Positions 57,111 through 64,000 of a DNA stretch of 64,000 nucleotides are shown here, piece by piece. Position 1 is the first letter of the stretch, and each line of letters opens with the position of its first letter. This DNA comes from an uncultured Verrucomicrobiae bacterium (GTDB taxonomy: Bacteria > Verrucomicrobiota > Verrucomicrobiia > Limisphaerales > Palsa-1400): positions 46,395 through 110,394 of the forward strand of contig CAWFAZ010000045.1 in the NCBI GenBank assembly GCA_963813995.1. Reading direction: 5' to 3'. A program made the position numbers and the translations under genes. The notes under the pieces are model-generated. The model searched no databases. It was not told where the DNA came from and saw nothing but the letters and a program-made list of their open reading frames with translations.

Positions 57111-57783
57111 GGAGGGCGTCGTCGCAGGGCGGGATGGCTGGTTCGATGGCTTCGGGCAGGCGGGCCAGAATCGTCTCCAACATTTCCTGGCAGGCCGGAT
57201 CAAAAAATGTCCCCGGCCCCGCCGCGGCGCGGGCCAGTCCGGCAAGCGTTTCGCGGGCGTAATGAAGCAATCCCTGGCGCAACGGGAAGGAATAGACGGC
57301 CAATGTCAAACCATAGACCAGGGTGTGCCAGCCTCCGGCCCGGCCGGATTCGACAGCGCACAAATAACGCTGGACCGTTCGCTCATCGCGCAACGGCTTC
57401 AAGCGCTGCAATTGTAATACACCGATTTTCCGGCTGGCCGAAGCGAACGGGGCCAGCCGCGCTTCTCCCGCCAGTTGCCGGTCCAATGCGATCAATTCGC
57501 GCGCTTCGCCGCGCCGGACGCAGCCGCACGCTTCGACAATGGCGGGCAATTCCAGCGGCAGAAGAATCTGCGTGAGATAGGTGTCCAAAAAACTTTGCAG
57601 CGCCGGAAGGCCGGCGATGCGTTGGGAGGGCGGGGCGAGGGGTGAAAGGCAGTCCGGCAATGTCCCGCGGACTCCCAACTGTCGCAACAGGGCGCAAAAA
57701 TCTCCCAGCAGATTCTCTGCTTCACTCCGCGCGGTCCCGGACTCGGTCGAGTGCCGGCACGCGCTTTTTTCGGACGGCCTCAT
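57088..57783 (-). CDS. Hypothetical protein
   Basis: 231-aa ORF with good codon bias and helical, Leu/Ala-rich sequence. I do not recognise the family. Confidence 0.5.
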   Translation of the reverse strand: MRPSEKSACRHSTESGTARSEAENLLGDFCALLRQLGVRGTLPDCLSPLAPPSQRIAGLPALQSFLDTYLTQILLPLELPAIVEACGCVRRGEARELIALDRQLAGEARLAPFASASRKIGVLQLQRLKPLRDERTVQRYLCAVESGRAGGWHTLVYGLTLAVYSFPLRQGLLHYARETLAGLARAAAGPGTFFDPACQEMLETILARLPEAIEPAIPPCDDALHLSYSSH

Positions 57784-57920
57784 GCGACTTTGGGCAGGCC
57801 GGTCTGCTCAACACACGACCGCTTGCCTGCAATAAAACTAGCCTCCTTTGCCATGCCGTCCAGTGACAAAGGCGCAAATTAAAAAATATTTATGTTGCAT
57901 TTTTGACGGGATGAGTATCC

Positions 57921-57946
57921 GGGAGATTAAGATTAGGATTAGGAGC
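57921..57946. repeat. 6-mer repeat gggagattaagattaggattaggagc
   Basis: Carries the same gattaagattagga motif as the tail of the 54914..54973 element. Confidence 0.8.
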
Positions 57947-58002
57947 GGCCAGCAAAAATCTATTCTGGCAATGCTCTGAAGAAATTAGTACCCTGTCTGC
58001 AA

Positions 58003-58305
58003 ATGGCTGGAACCCGACATTGTCACAATTGCGGCTGGGAATGGACGTTGCCCGGCCAGCCCGGTCGCGGAGATTCATGCGACAGTTGCAACGCCGATCT
58101 GCGCGTTTGTTTGAATTGTGTCAGTTATGATCCGCGCGCCGCTTACCAATGCCGGGATCGGCGGGCCGATCCCGTTTTGGAGAAGGCGTCTGGAAACTTT
58201 TGCGAGTATTTCGAACTGGCCCGCCGCGTCTTCGCTCCCAAAGAGACGGCCAGCCCGCGCGAAGACGCGGCGCGCGAGAAGTTGAAAAAGCTGTTTGGAG
58301 AGTAG
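58003..58305 (+). CDS. Small Cys-rich (zinc-ribbon-like) protein
   Basis: 100 aa with CHNC, CDSC and CLNC pairs plus additional Cys residues, and a charged C-terminus. Confidence 0.6.
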   Translation: MAGTRHCHNCGWEWTLPGQPGRGDSCDSCNADLRVCLNCVSYDPRAAYQCRDRRADPVLEKASGNFCEYFELARRVFAPKETASPREDAAREKLKKLFGE

Positions 58306-58333
58306 TGACGAAAACGACGAAAGGTACGGCTCG

Positions 58334-59605
58334 TCACCCGGACAAGGAGCGCCGCAGCAAATCGAGAGCTTGCTGCGAGGTGACAAATTTGAAGGTCTCG
58401 CGGTCGAAGGGATTGAATCGTTCTTCCACGGTTGTTCCCTGCGCGCCGGCCAGCGCAATGAAAACCGTGCCGACGGGCTTTTGCGCGCCGCCGCCGCCGG
58501 GGCCGGCAATGCCGGTGACAGCCAGGCCGTAATCGGTGGCGTGCCGAAGCCGCGCTCCTTCCGCCATTTGCCGGGCCACCGCCGCGCTGACCGCGCCGTG
58601 TTCGCTCAAAGTTTCTTCGCCAACGCCGAGCAAATTCTTCTTGGCATCATTGCCGTAGGCCACCAGGCCGCAGGCCAGGACGGCGGACGCTCCAGGAACA
58701 TTGGTGATGCGGTGGGCGATCAATCCGCCCGTGCAGGATTCCGCCAAAGCGACCGTTTTCTTTTGCCCGGCCAGCAGATGCACGACGGTCGATTCCAGTG
58801 TGGCGTCGTCAACCGCAAAAATGAGCAAGCCCAGCAATTGGCGGATCATTCCTTCGGCTTGACTGACAATGGCCGCGGCCTTTTCACCGCGCGCGACCAG
58901 ACGCACATCCACTTCGCCGATGCGCGCGCAATAGCCCAATTCCAATCCCCCCGGCAGGAGCGGTTGCAGCGGCCCGGCGATTTTTTCCTCGACGGCCGAT
59001 TCCCCCAAACCGGTGGTGCGCAAGGTGCGGCAGACAAAGGGCCGGGCGGGGGGGAATTCCTTGAGCAGGAGCGGGAGGACCGATTCGGAAAACATGGGGC
59101 GCAGTTCCCGCGGGGGACCGGGCAGGAGCATGAGCCAGCTTCCGCGTTTGTCCTCGCGGAAGGGATTGGGGTTGATTTCGATGGCCAGGCCCGGAGCGGT
59201 GCCATGCCGATTTGGCAGGACGCGCGCTCCGGCGGGAACCAGGGCCTGGACCTTGACGCTGGGCGGCATGGGGCGCTTTCGTTGGGCGAAGTATTCTTCG
59301 ATGCGCGCCAACACCTCCGCGTCCGGCGCCAGCGGGCGGCCGAGCATTTGGGCGATGAGGTCGCGCGTGATGTCGTCGGAAGTCGGCCCCAGTCCGCCCG
59401 TTGTCAACACCACATCAGCGCGGGCTAGGGACTCGCGCGCGGCGGCCTGGATGGAAGGGCCGTCATCGGCGACGCAAATTTGCCGGGCGACGTCGTAGCC
59501 GCGGTCGGCCAGTTGGCGGCAAATCCACTGTTGGTGCGTATTGAGAACGCGCCCCAAAAGCAATTCGCTGCCGGTGTTGATGAGTTCAATACTTGGGAAC
59601 GGCAT
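58334..59605 (-). CDS. cinA: CinA-family protein (MoCF-binding domain plus PncC-type nicotinamide-nucleotide amidase domain)
   Basis: IELINTGSELLLGRVLNTHQQWI, GGLGPTSDDITR, and C-terminal LAESCTGGLIAHRITNVPGAS. Confidence 0.9.
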   Translation of the reverse strand: MPFPSIELINTGSELLLGRVLNTHQQWICRQLADRGYDVARQICVADDGPSIQAAARESLARADVVLTTGGLGPTSDDITRDLIAQMLGRPLAPDAEVLARIEEYFAQRKRPMPPSVKVQALVPAGARVLPNRHGTAPGLAIEINPNPFREDKRGSWLMLLPGPPRELRPMFSESVLPLLLKEFPPARPFVCRTLRTTGLGESAVEEKIAGPLQPLLPGGLELGYCARIGEVDVRLVARGEKAAAIVSQAEGMIRQLLGLLIFAVDDATLESTVVHLLAGQKKTVALAESCTGGLIAHRITNVPGASAVLACGLVAYGNDAKKNLLGVGEETLSEHGAVSAAVARQMAEGARLRHATDYGLAVTGIAGPGGGGAQKPVGTVFIALAGAQGTTVEERFNPFDRETFKFVTSQQALDLLRRSLSG

Positions 59606-60734
59606 GGTCTATTTCGTCGGACCAGGCGCTGATGCCGCCTTTGACGCTTTTCAAATACTTGAAGCCCTGCCCTCGCAAAAAGTGCAGCGCCTTCATGGAG
59701 CGTATCCCGCTCTTGCAATGAATATACAGGTGCTGGTTGGGATCGAGTTCCGTGAAGCGTTGCGGCAAAACGCTGAGGGGATAGAGCGGGACGCCGTTGA
59801 CGCGGGCGATCTGATATTCGTCCGGCTCGCGCACGTCGATGACTTTGACGCCGAGTTTCGGGTCGTCCAACGCCCGCTTCATTTCCTGCACGGTGACTTC
59901 GTCGGGATTGGACACGGGCACGGCCGGTTCCGGGACGATGCCGCAGAATTGCTGGTAATCGATCAGCTTGGTAATAGTTGGGTTCTCGCCGCACAACGGG
60001 CATTGCGGATCGGGGCGCAGGCGGAGTTCGCGGAATCTCATTTCGAGGGCGTTGAAGAGCAGCAACCGGCCAATGAGGGAACTGCCTTTGCCGAGGGCGA
60101 GTTTCAAAATTTCCGTCGCTTGAATGCAGCCGATGATGCCGGGCAAAACGCCGAGGACGCCGCCTTCCGCGCAACTGGGCACCATGCCCGGCGGGGGCGG
60201 TTCGGGATACAGACAACGGTAGCAAGGCCCGTTCAAATGAGGGGCAAAGACGCTGGCCTGGCCTTCGAAGCGGAAGATGGAACCATAGACGTTGGGTTTT
60301 TTGAGCAGGACGCACGCGTCATTTGTCAAGTAACGCGTCGGGAAGTTGTCCGTGCCGTCCACGACGATGTCGTATTGCGCCAGGATATCGAGGGCGTTGC
60401 CGCTGTTGATGGCGGCATTGTGCAGGACGACTTCGACGTTGGGATTGATGCGGTGGATGGTCTCTTTGGCGGATTCGCATTTGGGGCGTCCGACGTCACT
60501 GGTGCCGTGAATAATCTGGCGCTGCAAATTGGAAAAATCAACCGTGTCAAAATCGACGATGCCAATTTTGCCGATGCCGGCCGCGGCCAGGTACATGGCG
60601 ATGGGGGAGCCGAGGCCGCCCGCGCCGATGCAGACGACGCTGGTGGAGCAGATCTTCTTTTGCCCGGCCAGTCCGACCTCCGGCAAAATGAGATGGCGCG
60701 AATAGCGGCGAATTTCGTCATTGCTCAATTGCAT
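59586..60734 (-). CDS. ThiF/MoeB-type adenylyltransferase fused to a rhodanese domain (MoeZ-like)
   Basis: RYSRHLILPEVG..GQKKI, VCIGAGGLGSP, CxxC pairs (CYRCLYP and CPLCG), and rhodanese active site IHCKSGIRS. Confidence 0.9.
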   Translation of the reverse strand: MQLSNDEIRRYSRHLILPEVGLAGQKKICSTSVVCIGAGGLGSPIAMYLAAAGIGKIGIVDFDTVDFSNLQRQIIHGTSDVGRPKCESAKETIHRINPNVEVVLHNAAINSGNALDILAQYDIVVDGTDNFPTRYLTNDACVLLKKPNVYGSIFRFEGQASVFAPHLNGPCYRCLYPEPPPPGMVPSCAEGGVLGVLPGIIGCIQATEILKLALGKGSSLIGRLLLFNALEMRFRELRLRPDPQCPLCGENPTITKLIDYQQFCGIVPEPAVPVSNPDEVTVQEMKRALDDPKLGVKVIDVREPDEYQIARVNGVPLYPLSVLPQRFTELDPNQHLYIHCKSGIRSMKALHFLRGQGFKYLKSVKGGISAWSDEIDHAVPKY

Positions 60735-60794
60735 AAAAACAATGGTTTGAAGGGTAAATGAGGCCGGGGATAAATCAAGCGGGGATCAGGGGAG

Positions 60795-60929
60795 AATGAC
60801 TAATGACGAAATCCTAATGACGAATCAATGTCCCAATGACCAATGCCCAAAGGAGTCCGGGGCCGCGGCTGTATTGGTCATTGGGGCTTGGTCATTAATT
60901 GGTCATTCGTGCTTGGACATTGGACATGC
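60795..60929. repeat. Long imperfect inverted repeat built from AATGAC / CATTGGTCATT units
   Basis: Left arm aatgactaatgacgaaatcctaatgacgaatcaatgtcccaatgaccaatgccc. Right arm attggtcattggggcttggtcattaattggtcattcgtgcttggacattggacat. It lies in the divergent intergenic region between the MoeZ-like gene and the PNP gene. Confidence 0.85.
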
Positions 60930-60953
60930 AATGAGTCTATAATCGGCCCGCAC

Positions 60954-61778
60954 ATGTTGTACGATCCAAAACAGACCGCGGCCCTGTTGAAGAAGGAGAC
61001 GCCGTTGCGCCCCAGGCTGGCCATGGTGCTGGGCAGCGGTTTTCAACATGCGCTGGCGCATTTGGAGGTGGAGCGGGAGATCGCTTACGGAAAGTTGCCG
61101 GGCTTCCCAACGGTGGGGGTGACGGGCCACGCCGGGAAGCTTGTGCTGGGGCTTTTTGACAAGACGCCCGTGCTGGTGTTGAAGGGGCGCGCCCATTATT
61201 ACGAGGGCATCGAAATGGAGCGGCTGACTTTCCCGGTGCGGGTGCTGGCGGAGTTTGGCATCCGCGCCTTGTTGTTGACAAATGCGGCCGGGGCGGTGAA
61301 CCGGTCCTTTCGCTCGGGGGATTTCATGGTGCTGGAGGACCATATCAATTTCATGGGGGTGAATCCGTTGCGCGGGCCTGCTTTGCCGGGGTTGCCGCGT
61401 TTCGTGGACTTGACGCGGGTGTATGACCGCCGGCTGATCGAGTTCGCCAGACAAGCGGCCAAGGCGAGCCGGTTGCGATTGCGCACGGGGACTTATCTGG
61501 CGGTGTCCGGTCCCAATTACGAAACGCCGGCGGAAATCCGGGCGTTCCGGCGTCTGGGGGCCGATGCGGTGGGCATGAGCACGGTGCCGGAAGCGATCGT
61601 CGCCCGGCAATGCGGTCTGGCCGTGGCGGGCGTTTCGTGCATCACGAACATGGCCGGGGGCGACACCAAATCGGGCGTGCTCATCCATCAGGACGTTTTA
61701 AACATGGGGGAAAGCAAGAAGGATGAAATGGCGAAGTTTCTGAAAGTGTTCACCGAGCTGTACGCCAGGAAAAAATAA
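60954..61778 (+). CDS. punA: Purine nucleoside phosphorylase (trimeric PNP/PunA type)
   Basis: Internal ATG at 60954; the upstream part of the track ORF is a translation of the repeat. Motifs VLGSGF, TGHAGKLVLG, GRAHYYEG, LLLTNAAGAVN, VGMSTVPE. Confidence 0.9.
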   Translation: MLYDPKQTAALLKKETPLRPRLAMVLGSGFQHALAHLEVEREIAYGKLPGFPTVGVTGHAGKLVLGLFDKTPVLVLKGRAHYYEGIEMERLTFPVRVLAEFGIRALLLTNAAGAVNRSFRSGDFMVLEDHINFMGVNPLRGPALPGLPRFVDLTRVYDRRLIEFARQAAKASRLRLRTGTYLAVSGPNYETPAEIRAFRRLGADAVGMSTVPEAIVARQCGLAVAGVSCITNMAGGDTKSGVLIHQDVLNMGESKKDEMAKFLKVFTELYARKK

Positions 61779-61787
61779 GCGCCGGCC

Positions 61788-63611
61788 TCAAATCTTCCAG
61801 TAGGGTTTGGAACTGAGATCGATTTGTTCGAATAATTGGCGGATGGAGGCGGGAATTTCATTCATGGCTTCAGCGATGCGCGCGCCGAGGCGGCTGTCAT
61901 ATTCCCCGAGATGAAATTCCGCCAGCAAATCGTTGAGCGCCTTCTTTTGCTCAGGCAGGGTTCGGGCCGGGTCCAAGCGCGTCTCCAAGTCAGCGAGCGG
62001 CAGTGTAATGGCCGGAAAGGCGCGCATCAGGGCGGCGGGATCGAGGAGATAACCTTCCAATTCGGGGAAATCCAGGGTGAAGACCTGTTGCTCCGGGAGG
62101 TTGAGTTGTTCGACAATTTTCTTGCGGGTGCGGCTGGCTTGTTCGCTGCCGTTGCCGAAAACGGCGAAAACGAGGGTGTGGACAAAGCTGCTCAAGGCGA
62201 TGCGCGTATTGGCAAAATAATGCAAAGTCGCCGCGCCTTCGGCGTCGAGGAATTGAATCTTAACGCGGAAATTGAATTTCCCGGCCCAAGCTTCGAAGAG
62301 CGGAACATGGTCGGCCTGCTCCACGAAAACGATGGCGTCGGCCTCGAAACTGAAGGACGGTTTAACGCCCAATTGCTCGATGACATCGCCGGCCTCCGCG
62401 GCGGTGACGGGGGTGACGGCGGTGCAGCGCTCCGCGTCGCGTTGCACGATGAAGAGCGAGGAAATGGGGCAGGAAGCGGCGATGGCCGTGGAATGGGTGG
62501 CGACGAAAATGCGTTTGCCCCTGCCCTCGTCGCGCAGGAAATGAAACAACCCCATTTGCGCATTGGGGTGGAGGTAGGTTTCGGGTTCTTCAATGCAAAC
62601 CCACGCCCCGGGCCTGGCCAGAACAACCTTGGCCACGATGGCGACGAGGGAGCGGGTGCCGAAACTCAACTGGTCCATCGAATAAACGAGGTCTTCGTCG
62701 TTGGAGTCAATCATACCCAGCGTGGCTTCGTTTTGCAGGGTCGGGGTGTAAAGCCTGCCGAGGTGCGGCACCAATTTGGAAACTTCCGCTTCGATTTTTC
62801 GAAATTGTCTGGGCTTGTTATTGTAGAGCCAGTGCAGGACGTCGGGCAGGTTGGAAATATCGGCCGTCAGCGTGTGTTGGCCGAGGATGGGCGAGGACGT
62901 GGGCAATTTGCGCATGGGATCGGCCCATTCGAGACAGGCGAACTGCTGGCAAACCGCGTCGGCCAGCTCATAAGAAACGGGCCACGCCGCCGCCGCATCC
63001 GGCCGGCCCAGCCGCAAGCAGTAGGGTTGGATCGTCTCCGGCTTGAGCTCCAGCGGCACGGGTTCGGACGGCAGTTCGCCTTTGCGCTGTTTGCAGAGGG
63101 TTTCCAACTGCCCGCAAAAAAACTCGACGCCGCCGGGCGCGCCTTTGGTGGAAAAAATCACGAAAGGCCGGCTGCCTTCGAGATTGGGAGTGGAAAGCTC
63201 CTCCGCAAAATGGTCCCGGCCCACGGTGATTTTCAGGGTGAGGACCGAGAGCAATTCCGAGTTGAGCGCGTCGGACAACGCGGTCTGGGGATTGCCGGCA
63301 AAGAGGCGGCGGACGAATTCCACCCGCCGTTGCGGGGCGAAGACGAAGTCAAACAGAAATTCCATCGTCTCTTCGGGACGCTTGAGGTGAATGACCTCGA
63401 CAAGGTCATGGCCGCGGGAGGCCAGGGCGCGCTCGAAACTGACGGCGGCCTCGGAGAGAAACTTGAAAGCGTCCAGGATGTTGGACTTGCCGGCATTGTT
63501 GGGTCCCATGAGCAACACCACGTTGTTCAGGTTGTCCAGCTCAACGCGCTTGATGCTTTTGTAATTGCAGAGCACCAGGCGCTTGAGGGTCAGATGAATC
63601 AGTTCAATCAC
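61788..63611 (-). CDS. ABC-type (AAA_15/21-like) ATPase with a C-terminal Toprim/DUF4435-like domain (OLD-family or PARIS-like architecture)
   Basis: Walker A GPNNAGKSN. Walker B and signature region WVCIEEPETYLHP. H-loop FVATHS. The C-terminal ~200 aa begin AIVFVEQADHVPLFEAW (Toprim-like Glu). A clear DxD is not evident to me. Confidence 0.8.
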   Translation of the reverse strand: MIELIHLTLKRLVLCNYKSIKRVELDNLNNVVLLMGPNNAGKSNILDAFKFLSEAAVSFERALASRGHDLVEVIHLKRPEETMEFLFDFVFAPQRRVEFVRRLFAGNPQTALSDALNSELLSVLTLKITVGRDHFAEELSTPNLEGSRPFVIFSTKGAPGGVEFFCGQLETLCKQRKGELPSEPVPLELKPETIQPYCLRLGRPDAAAAWPVSYELADAVCQQFACLEWADPMRKLPTSSPILGQHTLTADISNLPDVLHWLYNNKPRQFRKIEAEVSKLVPHLGRLYTPTLQNEATLGMIDSNDEDLVYSMDQLSFGTRSLVAIVAKVVLARPGAWVCIEEPETYLHPNAQMGLFHFLRDEGRGKRIFVATHSTAIAASCPISSLFIVQRDAERCTAVTPVTAAEAGDVIEQLGVKPSFSFEADAIVFVEQADHVPLFEAWAGKFNFRVKIQFLDAEGAATLHYFANTRIALSSFVHTLVFAVFGNGSEQASRTRKKIVEQLNLPEQQVFTLDFPELEGYLLDPAALMRAFPAITLPLADLETRLDPARTLPEQKKALNDLLAEFHLGEYDSRLGARIAEAMNEIPASIRQLFEQIDLSSKPYWKI

Positions 63612-63701
63612 GCAGACTCTTACATAGCCATTTTTGCAGAAGTCTCAAGGGTATTCATCAGCCATCGGGGCGCGCACCCCGTCGAAGAACGTTCCGGCGC
63701 A

Positions 63702-64000
63702 TTATTTTTCAACGTTCTGCGGCCCGGCGGCGGGGCTGTGGAGGGGAGGATCGGCGGGATGGACGAGGAGTTCCGCGCCTTTTATAAAAACAGAATGCGC
63801 AATCAAGTTGTGGGCGGGAAGATCGGCGCGGTTGACGATGAGGGGATTGTCCAGCAGTTGCCGGGTATTGATGTTTGTTGCCAGGCTCCACTTGCCATTC
63901 CAACACATGAAAAAACAGGTCGCGGGAAACTCGCTCCTGACGCCGGCCAGGAAACGGGTGTAATCATAGTCGCCCGGCGGATTGCTTGCGTCGTGCGGAC
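63702..64000 (-). CDS. 3' end of a hypothetical gene that continues beyond the window
   Basis: The frame is open from the window edge to TAA at 63704..63702 (..YDYTRFLAGVRSEFPATCFFMCWNGKWSLATNINTRQLLDNPLIVNR..). Family not recognised. Confidence 0.4.
   Translation of the reverse strand, partial: PHDASNPPGDYDYTRFLAGVRSEFPATCFFMCWNGKWSLATNINTRQLLDNPLIVNRADLPAHNLIAHSVFIKGAELLVHPADPPLHSPAAGPQNVEK

Overview
This is a high-GC chromosomal segment with dense genes that show strong GC3 bias, broken by a few visibly AT-richer, ORF-poor patches. The gene content points to a PVC-superphylum bacterium, most likely Verrucomicrobiota (inference only). Supporting features are a DUF1559 prepilin-like protein with an [10 protein letters not shown]-terminus, a VPD-type PEP-CTERM tail, three TMTC-like TPR glycosyltransferase paralogs, and giant secreted HYR-domain proteins. 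I call about 50 protein-coding genes. Housekeeping genes include rimO, pgsA, ruvC, cinA, an ABC-F ATPase, a ThiF/MoeB-rhodanese enzyme, a purine nucleoside phosphorylase, a Cys/Met PLP enzyme and an SSF symporter. Signalling genes include four sensor kinases, one NarL-type regulator and one Crp/Fnr regulator. I recognised no rRNA, tRNA, CRISPR array, transposase or integrase. The items most worth follow-up are: (1) a five-gene cupin/DUF2249/oxidase-subunit-I-like/DUF59/DUF2249 operon behind a perfect TTGAC-N4-GTCAA box positioned for a leaderless start; (2) a FabF-like ketosynthase heading an operon with two regulator-less histidine kinases and a zinc-ribbon membrane protein; (3) a carbamoyltransferase/SxtJ-like/50-aa peptide/SGNH-TPR operon divergent from a TMTC-like glycosyltransferase; (4) a lower-GC insert between rimO and pgsA with a DUF4338 (DruA-like) gene, next to a PDDEXK (YhcG-like) nuclease gene; (5) a single-gene ABC-ATPase plus Toprim-like protein (OLD/PARIS-like); (6) a family of mosaic short-period repeats (9-mer GGGACNNNN, 6-mer GATTAG, AATGAC/CATTGGTCATT, AAATTTGA palindromes) at gene junctions, one exactly at the break of a truncated malic-enzyme gene and one apparently in frame inside rimO; (7) a decaying flgN-flgK remnant. 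All domain assignments come from reading motifs by eye. No searches were run.
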